A stretch of 64,000 nt of DNA, taken from positions 71,047 to 135,046 of IMG/VR virus record IMGVR_UViG_3300028920_000039. The stretch is one strand, 5' to 3'. Numbering within the stretch: the first letter of the stretch is position 1; each line of letters opens with the position of its first letter. A program made the translations under genes and the position numbers. Under the pieces are notes generated by a model that worked only from the letters and a program-made list of their open reading frames with translations, searched no databases and had not been told where the DNA came from. This stretch comes from a virus. This document shows positions 22,001-31,174 of the stretch, in pieces.

Positions 22001-23316
22001 AAACCTCGAAACCAAAATCTGTTGTTGAGCAGGATAAAGGTGTGCTTGTCGGCATTTTGTATGAGGACACAGAGCAGATGTTGGACTGGTGGATGGGCAA
22101 CTACTTGTGGCACAACTCATTGCCTGTTTGCTTCGTAGGCTACAAGACAACTCCTGAAACCAGGGAGAAGTGCGAGGCATGGGGCATCTTCATCGATATT
22201 AGCGACATCAATTTCGTGGAAGGTCGTTGGAAGCGCCCCTTTGCTATGCAGCGGACGCCTTTCAAGCATACCGTGTGGATAGATATCGATTGTGAGGTGA
22301 GGGGTAATGTAGGACGGCTTCTCGATATGAAGTCCCCTTCTCTTATGTTTGAGCGTCGAACTGAAAAGCTGACTATGGTGTCTAATCTACAGACAACTGC
22401 TGATCCACGTCAGTGGGCTAATGTGCCTTCTCAGGCAAAGGCTTTTGATGCTGGGGTAGTGCGTTTCGACAAAGGGTGCGATCTTATTGCTAAATGGTGT
22501 GAGCGATGCAAGATTGTCAGAAGGCTACCGGTAGAAATGGTAGAGGATGAGGTCTTTGCTGAGGAAAACGGTTTCGTCTATGATCAGGAGGTGCTGTCAC
22601 TGATTGTGCATGAGAATCAGGTACCTGTTGGTTGGATCCCAAACAAAAATTGTCGAAACAAGCATTACGGCGACAGCGGTGTCTTTCAGGTGTATCATCG
22701 TTGTGGTGGTGGGCTTGAGGGCAAGGGCGGTATCCGAAAGCAGATTCGGGAGCATCCGATTGTCATCAGACACAACAGTTTGGTGCTGGCTTGCCGAAAA
22801 GATCTTCTTGCTCGGATGGGGCAGAATGTGGTTTGTTGTGAAGTAGGAGTTGGTGAAGGAGAGCTCTCTGTCAAGATCAACTCTATGCTTCATCCTAAGA
22901 AACTGCATCTGGTGGACCTATGGAAGCACCAGGAAGAGGGTTACGAAGACGAAAACAATGTGAGTGATGAAGAGCACGCTCGTCGAAAGGCGCATGTTGA
23001 AGGCATATTCAAGAACTGCGCCAATGTTCAGATTCATCAGGGCTGGTCTACCGATGTCGTTGCACAATTCCCTAATCACTACTTTGATTTTGTGTACATT
23101 GATGCTAACCACTACTTCGATCCGGTACTGGCTGATCTCGAAGCATACGCTCCTAAGGTCAAAAAGAATGGGTTCCTATGCGGTCACGACTATGCTGGTT
23201 TGAACCCCATGTTTGAGGTTGAGGAGGCTGTCCAAGAGTTTTGTAACAGGCACAACTGGCGGTTACTCTACACCACAGATGAAGAGTGGCCCAGCTTCGT
23301 TTTGAGGCGGTTATGA
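19030..23316 (+). CDS. 1428-aa multidomain glycosyltransferase: Maf/DUF115-like domain, four tandem GT-A domains, class I SAM methyltransferase
   Basis: N-terminal 'CPGPSL...FAVN...PDVWIGMD...IHFVGCD'; four repeats of 'GV.V....EW...WW..N...PF..T.(F/W).DxD.EV...(N/D)xG...DQE'; C-terminal 'EVGVGEG...VDLW...FVYIDANH...GHDY'; SD GAGGAG. Confidence 0.85.
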   Translation: MAIRYYCGDGWKTVSFARKDMGADAYLFCPGPSLEHVSDADIHVPGVMVFAVNTAYPRIRPDVWIGMDVKEKCYDKALWSEPFRKICRAGRSKAGVDGKKICEFPEVYWADVSGDNIKDIFNGRAHDSCFVYMHNTLTVACHIMVWMGAKRIHFVGCDQDNSKKDYHDNRKLHDRDREENFRLYKKQTKFLRQFMTLGLQHGIECISCTPGSPINEFMDYVPLQEALRVSQEKSPKRGYSEILNTREVERKQLQQWGTPELGRGVVVAFNENMEWMGEWWWENLRRHVDVSAPVAFVDLGMSPPMRKWCENRGRIIDFTWSPIRPDGDKKTFRVEHGWKPFVFFKSPFRETLFLDVDCEVVGDVLSVFEHLGKNRFGIAKDQLYHQLKSKQELLPGEVMHNSGVLAVRHGSKIVEQWAKAIIDVGVDGWRDNDQPILNKVLTTSGIEYAEIPPEYNLLAPYAQNWKSRCKAEVVTSPKVLHRLTSHPHSFNTLRTILEERFCVDGIWLRDADIFLKCLWANEAMADKGVVIGVDANQEWMIPWWVENYRRHNNYPVLVADFGLTDDGIELCRQLNLGVSATVSLEGHGWFKKPLGCLQTIFKKTVWMDTDVEVRKDIGPLFDYSENNMFGITYDRGTPQQYKDAMPWDATIYNSGCISYRHNDPLIQKWAMITVMTHELKPQPGKLFCVCGDQETLAMAIRRYAKHRIHRIPKEDFALRLSSDPDDCIAKHWTGPTGKKVIKQQMADSRKDIGVMVGLLDEDTEWLLEWWYANYKRYNDLPVCFVDCGMSDSARAFCEERGRIVKLVTKPHIKSWFRKPWALLETPFQRTLFIETDVEVRGNIRDLIVNTGGLGMVYERSTKEESVALKRHFGDKRRHNVPDDALVYDGGQLVFNSDEPMLQRWADAVEETKHLPACNTDNSGPVENGFVGDHEILAKVMYEMRKGVHIMPRCANKYYGPPKDSLLYHRCGYKGQGKDSIKRQTERKQLPETSKPKSVVEQDKGVLVGILYEDTEQMLDWWMGNYLWHNSLPVCFVGYKTTPETREKCEAWGIFIDISDINFVEGRWKRPFAMQRTPFKHTVWIDIDCEVRGNVGRLLDMKSPSLMFERRTEKLTMVSNLQTTADPRQWANVPSQAKAFDAGVVRFDKGCDLIAKWCERCKIVRRLPVEMVEDEVFAEENGFVYDQEVLSLIVHENQVPVGWIPNKNCRNKHYGDSGVFQVYHRCGGGLEGKGGIRKQIREHPIVIRHNSLVLACRKDLLARMGQNVVCCEVGVGEGELSVKINSMLHPKKLHLVDLWKHQEEGYEDENNVSDEEHARRKAHVEGIFKNCANVQIHQGWSTDVVAQFPNHYFDFVYIDANHYFDPVLADLEAYAPKVKKNGFLCGHDYAGLNPMFEVEEAVQEFCNRHNWRLLYTTDEEWPSFVLRRL

Positions 23317-25697
23317 AGAGAACCCGTTGGCTGAACAATCCAATCTCCCATCCTTCTCGTTATCATCCTGTTTACCGAACTGACGAAGGCGAGTACAAGG
23401 TATTCAGGATGCGCGGTAAGAAGATAGTGATGGATGTCAACACTCTGGACCTTTTTCAACCACCAGACAACGGAGATCCGGTGGCTCCGCCGATGCCTGT
23501 CTTACCTCAGTTTGTTCGTCCTCACATGCGAACTATCAAGCAGTTGGCACTGAATGTTACGCATGCTTGTCAGTTACGGTGTGACTACTGCTATCTGTCT
23601 CACTTTTACCCAGAGATGGAAGCCAAGATGGGTGTTGACACAGCTATCAGAGCAGTGGATGAGCTCTTTAACCACTCGGCACTGGATAAACTGCCTGACG
23701 ATTACACAGGCAGGGGTCCAGGCATTTCCTTCTTTGGTGGCGAACCTCTTCTTAATTTTCCTCTCATAGAAGCAGTTGTAGCACACGCGAGAAGCCGGTC
23801 AAAACACTTTAGATTCGGTGTTACCACTAACGGGGTAGCAGTGACACCTTCTATAGCAAAATTCCTGGCAGAGAACAAATTCTCAATGATTGTATCGGTT
23901 GATGGCCCCAAAGCCTTACATGATAAGCACCGAAAGTTTCCTGATGGCAACGGTTGTTTTGATTCAGTAGTTGAAGGCCTGGAGATGTTGCGTGATGCTG
24001 GTGTTGAGAAAATCACTCTGCGTTCAACTTTCTTACCTGATGAAACAGAGCTGCTGGAGCGAACCAAGTATCTGAACGAACTGTGCGACAACAATTATGC
24101 TCAAAATGTTTCAATTGAGCCTGCTTGCTTATCGGAAGGCTGTGCTTTTGATGGTGAGGTGCGGTTCACGGTTGCAAATGTAAAAAAGCTGCAGAAGGAG
24201 TATCTTGTTGTTGCTGATTGGTTGGCTTCTCGAATCATTGATGATGAGAAAGCACGGTTTCACAACATCATGTCATATGTGGATCGGTTGGTCAACAAGA
24301 AGCAGTATTGTACCGAGTGTGGTGCCGGGGTAGGTTTTTTGGCAGTTTCCCCTGTAGGCAAGATCTGTGCGTGCCATCGAGAGATGAATTCGGAGATTGG
24401 CGATCTTGAAAGAGGTGGTGTTTGTGAGAAGGCTCGAGCTCCGTGGTTTGACAATAGATATTACCTTTGTCAGAAGTGCACAAGATGCAAGATTCGAAAC
24501 CTCTGCGGAGGGCCATGTCGAGAACACAACATTACGGCAAAAGGTGATATGCACACTCCCGATCCTGTTTTTTGTGAGTTCTACAACATCTGGGCGAAGG
24601 CAGCAGTGTCGATTCTAGACCAAGTGGAGCACAAGAAGTTACAGGAGCTGTTTCCTGCTTACAAGAAACGACAACCTACCATAGTCAGGAAAGCTGTCGA
24701 GGAGGAGTACGCATTCGTTAGAGAAGCGGGTGGCTTTGGGGATATTGTGAGTATAGGTGCTGCGGCTCGATGCTTGAAGCACGAGAAGCCAGATTGTCAT
24801 ATCACTTTGTATGTCCCGGGTGAATTCAAGAATGTGGTACAGCACTTGAAAGGTGTGGATGAGATGGTGAGTCTGGGTTCTCTACGTGAGTTGGTTGACG
24901 TCAGACGGAAGCGGGGCACACCTTTCAGTCGAGCCGATTATCCCTACTTGGAAAAGGTGGATTCGAACAAGAAGCTCGTCGATATGTGGGGCCCAGCACA
25001 TCTATACGAGAGCACCGCGGAAGACTTTCTTAAACAAACACGGTCACAGATCTTCGCAGAAAAGGCAGGCTGTAAAGATGTGAGTCACGCTATTCCTTAT
25101 TGGAAGGTGACGTCAAAGGAGCGCAAGGAAGCTAGTGAGTACCTTAAGACCTTGCCGCTACAGACAGTGATAGCCTTGGCGCCAAGAGGCACCGATGTGA
25201 ATCGTTCACTGCCAAAAGACACACTACTGGCTCTTCTTGATAAGTTGAAAGGGCGGAGCGTGCTCTTCCTTGACTGTGTTGCGCCTGATCTGCCGGAGAG
25301 ATTTGAGAATGTGCACTTTCCTGAAGGCTCGCTGTCCCAGGCGGCAGCTCTTATAGAGCAGAGCGATATACTGATCTCTGTGGACACTTCTTTGCTTCAC
25401 ATCGGTGTAGGTGTTGGCACTCCGACTCTGGGCATCTTCAACTCCACCGATCCGTCACCGTATGAGGGTTTCTACCCCGGTCTTCAGACAGTATGGTGGA
25501 AGGGCGATACCCCAAATTGCATGTTTCCTTGTAATCGTTCTCGAAAGAAGGGTTACGGACCTTGGTGCAAAGACGCTTGTGATCGCCGTAAGAATCTTGG
25601 GATCAAGGAGATCATGGAAGGCCTCTCTCGAATTCAGCAACTCGCTAACAACCCTGCGTTGCAGATGAAGCGAGTAGAGAGGATGAAGCATGGTTAG
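23313..25697 (+). CDS. radical SAM/SPASM peptide-maturase-like enzyme fused to a C-terminal GT9 (heptosyltransferase-like) domain
   Basis: CxxxCxxC 'CQLRCDYC'; 'FFGGEPLLNF'; SPASM 'CGAG...KICACH...CTRC...CGGPC...C'; GT9 'GGFGDIVS' and 'ISVDTSLLHIGVGVGTPTLGIF'; ATG 23313 overlaps the upstream TGA. Confidence 0.88.
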   Translation: MKRTRWLNNPISHPSRYHPVYRTDEGEYKVFRMRGKKIVMDVNTLDLFQPPDNGDPVAPPMPVLPQFVRPHMRTIKQLALNVTHACQLRCDYCYLSHFYPEMEAKMGVDTAIRAVDELFNHSALDKLPDDYTGRGPGISFFGGEPLLNFPLIEAVVAHARSRSKHFRFGVTTNGVAVTPSIAKFLAENKFSMIVSVDGPKALHDKHRKFPDGNGCFDSVVEGLEMLRDAGVEKITLRSTFLPDETELLERTKYLNELCDNNYAQNVSIEPACLSEGCAFDGEVRFTVANVKKLQKEYLVVADWLASRIIDDEKARFHNIMSYVDRLVNKKQYCTECGAGVGFLAVSPVGKICACHREMNSEIGDLERGGVCEKARAPWFDNRYYLCQKCTRCKIRNLCGGPCREHNITAKGDMHTPDPVFCEFYNIWAKAAVSILDQVEHKKLQELFPAYKKRQPTIVRKAVEEEYAFVREAGGFGDIVSIGAAARCLKHEKPDCHITLYVPGEFKNVVQHLKGVDEMVSLGSLRELVDVRRKRGTPFSRADYPYLEKVDSNKKLVDMWGPAHLYESTAEDFLKQTRSQIFAEKAGCKDVSHAIPYWKVTSKERKEASEYLKTLPLQTVIALAPRGTDVNRSLPKDTLLALLDKLKGRSVLFLDCVAPDLPERFENVHFPEGSLSQAAALIEQSDILISVDTSLLHIGVGVGTPTLGIFNSTDPSPYEGFYPGLQTVWWKGDTPNCMFPCNRSRKKGYGPWCKDACDRRKNLGIKEIMEGLSRIQQLANNPALQMKRVERMKHG

Positions 25698-26535
25698 TTG
25701 TATGATAGCTGTGCTAGTTAGAGACAGATTTCCTTTGACCAAGTTGTGTTGTGATTGGATCTGCGATAGTGACGATTGTGAAGGCATCTATTTCAACCTT
25801 GTGGCTTTCGACGATCGCAGCACAGATCCTCTCATGTTCAGATACCTTGAAGAGCGGTTTCAGGGCAATGTGGTACCTGTTTCTACGGATGACAGGATGT
25901 CCGCCCCTGCGCGAGTAGGCATGGCTCGTCAGACTGTTGTGAAGCTGTTTCTCAGTGGTGCAGGCTGTGACTATCTGTTTCTTCTGGACAGTGATGTGAT
26001 TGTTACCAAGGCTACTATCAACGAAGCCATTCGTGATTACAATCTGCTGGCTGAAAAGATGCCTGTTGGTGGCTATACACTTTACGCATTGAACCACATT
26101 GAAAAGACACACCCATGGAACAGTAATAAGATCTTCGCCGAGATCAGCTTGACAGGGGATGCTCATTTGTTGTATCGCCGAGACCACCTAGAAGAGGTCG
26201 GTAATCATTTCAGTGTCCGCCCCGGAGGATTTGCGGATCAGCAGATTCATGCCATCTATGATCATGGTCTGAAGTTCTGGACTCGCATCACACCTCCGTA
26301 TGAAGTTCAGCATCTCGGGTTCGGAGAAGGTGTGAGTTTCTGTTGGGATTGGGATGGCATCGCTCCTTTTTGGGTAAGAAGGCCGTATTGGAGCCATACT
26401 GGAACAAAAGGAGTTATCAATGTTACGGGGTTCGATGTATTACAATATGCTGACCTTGTAAATCGGTACGGTGGTCTTGAAGCACCGAAACTCTATCTGG
26501 AAATGATGAAGGAGAAAACCAATGAATGTTCGTGA
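25690..26535 (+). CDS. GT-A fold glycosyltransferase (GT2-like)
   Basis: 'VAFDDRSTD', 'YLFLLDSDVIV', 'VQHLG'. Confidence 0.75.
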   Translation: MVSCMIAVLVRDRFPLTKLCCDWICDSDDCEGIYFNLVAFDDRSTDPLMFRYLEERFQGNVVPVSTDDRMSAPARVGMARQTVVKLFLSGAGCDYLFLLDSDVIVTKATINEAIRDYNLLAEKMPVGGYTLYALNHIEKTHPWNSNKIFAEISLTGDAHLLYRRDHLEEVGNHFSVRPGGFADQQIHAIYDHGLKFWTRITPPYEVQHLGFGEGVSFCWDWDGIAPFWVRRPYWSHTGTKGVINVTGFDVLQYADLVNRYGGLEAPKLYLEMMKEKTNECS

Positions 26536-26980
26536 GGAAGTGGACCATCGTTTGCGTGGTCGAATTAAGATTGTAGCTGAACATGAGGTAACCAAGGAGA
26601 AGAGGGTTATTTGTGAGCAGAATCTGGTGGTGAACGGTACTTACAGTCAGCTTTCCCGTCTGTTGTCAGGCGATCTGGTCGACAACACTATCACCAAGCT
26701 GGACTTCGGTACTGATGGCACTGCCCCTACAATTTACGAAGTAGCGCTTCAAGGTCCACTGGGCATCTGGTTGACAGTTTCCGATACCTACCCGTCAATT
26801 ACGACAGTAACATTCGGAGCAACCTGGGCGTCAGATCAGGTCAACACCAATTCCATTCGAGAAGTGGGTCTTTTCACTGAAGACAATACATTGTGTACCA
26901 GGGCGGTTTTTCAGGAAATGAAGAAGTCAGAAGGGTGGACATGGACGATCTCCTGGACGCTCTACTACACCCTTCCATAA
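26522..26980 (+). CDS. tail-collar/fibre-attachment-like small protein (paralogue 1)
   Basis: 'QNLVVN...ITKLDFGTDGTAP...IREVGLF...LCTRAVF' resembles phage tail-collar-fibre N-terminal domains. Confidence 0.6.
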   Translation: MNVREEVDHRLRGRIKIVAEHEVTKEKRVICEQNLVVNGTYSQLSRLLSGDLVDNTITKLDFGTDGTAPTIYEVALQGPLGIWLTVSDTYPSITTVTFGATWASDQVNTNSIREVGLFTEDNTLCTRAVFQEMKKSEGWTWTISWTLYYTLP

Positions 26981-26990
26981 AGGAGATAAC

Positions 26991-27422
26991 ATGAAAGGCA
27001 AGTTTGTCCTCACTGCGATTGCTGTAGACAGCGGATATCGTCAGAAATTGGTGAAGGTTCAGAACACCATTCTTAACAGTATGTATACGAAGTTGCTTCG
27101 CCTGCTCGGCGGTGGTACAGGCTCGTCTCCTGTTGATCGTATGCAGTTCGGAACCGGCACACTTTCACCAGCCCCCGACCAAGAATTCCTGCAGAAGCCG
27201 ATCAACCCGATCAAGAATGTTACTCCAATAGTTGACGCTGCTAACTTTGAGGTGGAGTTTACCGCTGCACTCCTTTCAGATGAAGGCAACGGATTTCCGA
27301 TTGGAGAAGCCGCATTGGTTTGTGCCGATGACACCCTGGTTGCCAGGTCTACTTTTGATGTCCGAACCAAGACGTCGAGTTACATATTCGACTTCTCGTG
27401 GACCGTTACGCTCAAGTCGTAA
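26991..27422 (+). CDS. tail-collar/fibre-attachment-like small protein (paralogue 2)
   Basis: 'QNTILN...VDRMQFGTGTLSP...IGEAALV...LVARSTF'; aligns by eye with the previous gene. Confidence 0.6.
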   Translation: MKGKFVLTAIAVDSGYRQKLVKVQNTILNSMYTKLLRLLGGGTGSSPVDRMQFGTGTLSPAPDQEFLQKPINPIKNVTPIVDAANFEVEFTAALLSDEGNGFPIGEAALVCADDTLVARSTFDVRTKTSSYIFDFSWTVTLKS

Positions 27423-27444
27423 TCAAAAAAAGTCAAAATAATGG

Positions 27445-27473
27445 TTGACTTTTGTTCCACGAGTACATAAAAT
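27445..27473 (+). promoter_or_regulatory. sigma70-type promoter of the replication/modification block
   Basis: TTGACT-N17-TAAAAT with an A-rich UP region. Confidence 0.8.
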
Positions 27474-27517
27474 GCTTTAACAATTAAAAACGTCCCGTTA
27501 ACCAAGAGGAGATGAGC

Positions 27518-28108
27518 ATGGCACAGCTGGACCTTTCGCCCGAGTCGGTCGCCCGTATGGTAGAAGAGAAAACCCACCTCATAGAAAGAACAGCCAGGAA
27601 GTTCTGGCGCAAGATTTTCACCAAGTCCGGAGTCATCGATTATGATGATGTTCTACAGGTGACCTACTGCGCCTTCCTTGACACTCTCAAATACTTTCAC
27701 AAGTCTGGCAAACCCATGGCGGCGCTGGATCCGTATCTGGTAATGGGGATGAAGAGCGAACTTCTGAACTGGATTCAGAAGACACAACGTCAGTTCAATT
27801 ACACCTTCGATGACCCGTCCGTCATTGATAACATACCCGAAGTCGTTCAGGACTTGATGCCGACTCTTGAGGACCTGGAAATTGCGGTTCCTCTTTCATC
27901 TTCAGCCGCTGAGTTCTTGATGTGCATCTTCAGTCCTCCGAAGGAGCTTGAGGAGAGAATCAAGGCTAAGGTGACGTCAGGTAAGCCCTATGCTAAGAGC
28001 ATCCTGCCTGTCATCCTGGATTGGCTGAAGATAACATATGACGAGTTCAACGTCATTCGGAATGAGCTCAGGGAGAAGTGCAGATATCAGCCTTTGATGT
28101 CTGCTTGA
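27518..28108 (+). CDS. sigma-factor-like protein 1 (region 2-like)
   Basis: 'IDYDDVLQVTYCAFLDTLKYF...YLVMGMKSELLNWIQK'; alternative start at 27512. Confidence 0.55.
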   Translation: MAQLDLSPESVARMVEEKTHLIERTARKFWRKIFTKSGVIDYDDVLQVTYCAFLDTLKYFHKSGKPMAALDPYLVMGMKSELLNWIQKTQRQFNYTFDDPSVIDNIPEVVQDLMPTLEDLEIAVPLSSSAAEFLMCIFSPPKELEERIKAKVTSGKPYAKSILPVILDWLKITYDEFNVIRNELREKCRYQPLMSA

Positions 28109-28142
28109 GCAACTGTAGGTAGGTACAACAGGAGGTACAGAG

Positions 28143-28985
28143 ATGCAGATACGTACTCGGTCAACAGGATCCAAACACTTTGGAATCAAGCCCTACCCTC
28201 TGCTGGTGACAAATGCGTCAGTGAGCAAGAAGAAGGGCGAGGCGCTCTTGTTTTCAGCCTACACAAAGTGGCATGTGCCAGCTGAAAACGGTAAGTTCAG
28301 AGTTGAGCCTGAACACAGGTATGGGTTCAATCCGCTTGATGTTGTTATCACAGACGCTATCAAGAGGTGGCTTGATGAGGAAGGCTACAACCTTCCAGAG
28401 TTGGCGCTGGACAGATACACAATGCTCCAGAAAGGTCTTCACACCTCAGACGACGGAGTTGTAAGAAGGTACAAGGAGGAAGGCGTGATGGTAGTTGAAG
28501 AATCCGAATGCCCCGCGTTTAAGAGATACTGGAATCCGGACACCTCCGAATGCCAGGCTTGCAAGAAACATTTTCCTGATGAGTACTTCGCTTGCAAGAA
28601 GATTTGCGAGAAGAAGGCCCAGGACAAGACGAAACCTCAGAAACCCACGTCGTCTGAGACGCCAGATTCCGAAGCGGAGCCAGAGGAGAGCCTTGAGACA
28701 GCATTAACATCACAGAGCAACCAATCTGCAAGTTCATTCAAGGGGTTTCGTAAAGGTTCCCGGGCCCAGGTTTTGATAGACTACTTTGCGGCTACCGGAT
28801 CGGTTAGCTTTTCTGAGGCAGCACAGCACCTTGCTACTTCTTGTGATATCGGATTAGGGAAGGCAATGGAGAACGTCAAGGGTTACGTTAGTGAGTGGAA
28901 GAACGGAAAGTGGAGCGGGAAGGTGATGGATTTCCCCTTCACAATCACAGCGGATAAGGAAACAATACGTTATCAGGAGGGCTGA
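28143..28985 (+). CDS. putative DNA-binding protein with C4 zinc motif and C-terminal winged helix
   Basis: '[18 protein letters not shown]...C'; '[13 protein letters not shown]...[10 protein letters not shown]'. Confidence 0.5.
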   Translation: MQIRTRSTGSKHFGIKPYPLLVTNASVSKKKGEALLFSAYTKWHVPAENGKFRVEPEHRYGFNPLDVVITDAIKRWLDEEGYNLPELALDRYTMLQKGLHTSDDGVVRRYKEEGVMVVEESECPAFKRYWNPDTSECQACKKHFPDEYFACKKICEKKAQDKTKPQKPTSSETPDSEAEPEESLETALTSQSNQSASSFKGFRKGSRAQVLIDYFAATGSVSFSEAAQHLATSCDIGLGKAMENVKGYVSEWKNGKWSGKVMDFPFTITADKETIRYQEG

Positions 28986-29641
28986 TGAAATCGGTAGTGA
29001 TCCTCTCCGGAGGAATGGACTCGACAACTCTGATCTATGATGTTGTAAGCCAAGGCGGTGAGGTTGAGGCACTCAGTTTCAACTACGGACAGCGACATTC
29101 CAAGGAGTTGTCATGTGCTGCCGTCACCTGTCAGAAGCTGAGCATTCCTCACAAGGTGGTTGATCTAGGTGAGGTAGGAAAAGAGCTTTTGCAGGGTAGC
29201 GCACTCACAAGTGACATTGATGTTCCTGAGGGGCACTACGAAGAGGGGAACATGAAGTTGACGGTGGTGCCCAACCGTAACATGATCATGCTTTCTCTTG
29301 CCATCGGATACGGTGTTTCCATCAAGGCTGATGCCGTTTACTACGGTGCTCATTCTGGCGACCATGCTATCTACCCGGACTGCCGTAAGGAGTTCGTTGA
29401 GGCTATGCAGAAGGTGGCAACTCTTTGCGACTGGCATGAGCTTGAACTCAAGGCTCCGTATCTGGATATGGACAAGGGGGATATCGTCATTCGAGGTGTC
29501 ATGGAGCTAGGTGTTCCTTATGAGGACACTTGGACTTGTTACAAAGGTTTGGAAAAGGCCTGCGGTAAGTGCGGGTCATGTCAGGAACGCTTGGAGGCCT
29601 TCGAAAAGGCAGGGGTGGAGGATCCGGTTACTTATGATTGA
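28985..29641 (+). CDS. queC: 7-cyano-7-deazaguanine synthase
   Basis: '[11 protein letters not shown]', 'FNYGQRH', 'VPNRNMIML', 'YPDCR', 'TWTCY...CGKCGSC'. Confidence 0.97.
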   Translation: MKSVVILSGGMDSTTLIYDVVSQGGEVEALSFNYGQRHSKELSCAAVTCQKLSIPHKVVDLGEVGKELLQGSALTSDIDVPEGHYEEGNMKLTVVPNRNMIMLSLAIGYGVSIKADAVYYGAHSGDHAIYPDCRKEFVEAMQKVATLCDWHELELKAPYLDMDKGDIVIRGVMELGVPYEDTWTCYKGLEKACGKCGSCQERLEAFEKAGVEDPVTYD

Positions 29642-30194
29642 TGAAACCAAGCTTGTCAAGGGCATACGCCTGTTTTTTGAAGGTCTAGGCCTCGGCGCGG
29701 AACTGGCCGACCAGCATTTTAGGGATACTCCAAAACGTGTTGCTAAGGCCTGGAAAGAGCACTTTGGTGCTGGGTATGAGCTAGACCCCAAGAAGTATCT
29801 GAACGTTGAGTTCTCTGATGACTACGACCAGATGGTTGTGGTGAAGGACATCCCTTTCATGAGCCACTGCGCCCATCATATAGTTCCTTTTTGTGGTGTT
29901 GCCAAGATCGGCTACCTTCCTGATGAGAAGCGTATCACAGGTTTGAGCAAATTGGCAAGGGTTCTGAATGGATATGCTCAGCGGTTGCAGATTCAAGAGC
30001 AGCTCACTCGACAGGTGGCTTCGGCGATCCAGGAAGTGTTGCGGCCAAAAGGAGTAGGGGTGGTGCTGGAAGCTGAGCATTTCTGCATGACACGTAGAGG
30101 GGTGAAGGCTCCTGGCAGTATGACCATCACCAGTTGCTTGCTGGGGAGTTTTCGGGATGAACCAGAGACCCGAGCTGAGTTTCTGAACATGTAG
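29634..30194 (+). CDS. folE: GTP cyclohydrolase I
   Basis: 'DTPKRVAK', '[10 protein letters not shown]', 'GLSKLAR', 'LQIQEQLT', 'HFCMTRRGV'; start taken as ATG 29634. Confidence 0.96.
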   Translation: MIDETKLVKGIRLFFEGLGLGAELADQHFRDTPKRVAKAWKEHFGAGYELDPKKYLNVEFSDDYDQMVVVKDIPFMSHCAHHIVPFCGVAKIGYLPDEKRITGLSKLARVLNGYAQRLQIQEQLTRQVASAIQEVLRPKGVGVVLEAEHFCMTRRGVKAPGSMTITSCLLGSFRDEPETRAEFLNM

Positions 30195-30203
30195 GAGTCA
30201 GTT

Positions 30204-30668
30204 GTGTTGCGAATTGCGTGGGACGATTACCATGATATGGTTAGGGTTCTTGGTAACAAGATCAGGTCCAAGATTAAGCCAGGTGAGGATGGGAAGATAC
30301 ATATCATCGGCTTGCCTCGTGGCGGCACACTTGTTGCTTTGCATTTGACCTACATGTTTGAAGAGTTCTATGCTCACTTTGATGCCTTCAAGACAGCCCA
30401 CTCTCTTACATGCGAGCACACCGTCATTATCGATGATGTTTTGGAAACAGGAAAGACGCGTGTCAAGCTCATGAATATACATAACGCATCCTCAATCGGC
30501 ATGTTTGCTGTGCTCGTAGACAAGTCTTTCCTGTATACCACGTCTCCTTCTGATGTAAGTATAATGCGACTGGAGAGCAAGATCTGGGTGGAGTTTCCTT
30601 ACGAACGGGAAGATGACCCGAAGGAGATCAAGAGCAGAGAGGAAAGAGGGTATGAAGCAGACGGATGA
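30204..30668 (+). CDS. type I phosphoribosyltransferase (purine PRTase-like)
   Basis: 'IGLPRGG', PRPP-binding 'VIIDDVLETGKT', 'WVEFPYE'. Confidence 0.85.
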   Translation: MLRIAWDDYHDMVRVLGNKIRSKIKPGEDGKIHIIGLPRGGTLVALHLTYMFEEFYAHFDAFKTAHSLTCEHTVIIDDVLETGKTRVKLMNIHNASSIGMFAVLVDKSFLYTTSPSDVSIMRLESKIWVEFPYEREDDPKEIKSREERGYEADG

Positions 30669-31116
30669 TGTAAGTGGTGTGAAGAGCCTCGGCTCCGGCA
30701 AAACCGACTACCCAAACCAAGGCGGATGCAACCCCGATGTCCTGGAGAAGTTTCCGAACAAGTTCTCTCAGAGACGATATACAGTGACGTTCTCTTCGCA
30801 GGAGTTCACATCCCTCTGCCCGAAGACAGCCCAGCCCGATTTCGCTACTATCACTATCACCTACGAACCCGATGAGTGGTGTGTTGAGTCCAAGGGTCTG
30901 AAGCTATATCTGTTCAGCTATCGGTCGGAGGGGTCGTTCATGGAGACGATTATCAATAATATCCTTACTCATCTAGTGGAGCTCGTCAAACCACATATAA
31001 TGACAGTAGTAGGTGATTTCGCTCCTCGTGGAGGCATAGGCTTGGTGGTGGAAGCCTGCTACGTTCGGGATAAAGGTGTTATTACCTCATCAAAGGCAAG
31101 ACAGAAGGTATCATAA
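30652..31116 (+). CDS. queF: preQ0 nitrile reductase (preQ1 synthase), single-domain type
   Basis: 'EFTSLCPKTAQPDFA' with catalytic Cys/Asp; QueF motif 'ESKGLKLY'; 'FAPRGGI'. Confidence 0.92.
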   Translation: MKQTDDVSGVKSLGSGKTDYPNQGGCNPDVLEKFPNKFSQRRYTVTFSSQEFTSLCPKTAQPDFATITITYEPDEWCVESKGLKLYLFSYRSEGSFMETIINNILTHLVELVKPHIMTVVGDFAPRGGIGLVVEACYVRDKGVITSSKARQKVS

Positions 31117-31174
31117 CGACCCAAAAGGTGAAACAGAGGGTTATCGGGTTCGAAGAGAAAGGGGGTGCAGTAGT

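Noticed and set aside
19030-26535. glycosyltransferases acting on DNA (T4-type glucosylation)
   Set aside because: Not excluded, but disfavoured: no hmC/hmU synthesis genes in the window, the cluster lies in the virion module, and the domains resemble protein/LPS glycosyltransferases.
31117-31174. preQ1 riboswitch between queF and dpdA
   Set aside because: AGAGGGTT..GGTTCG is present, but there is no complementary stem strand or A-rich 3' tail.
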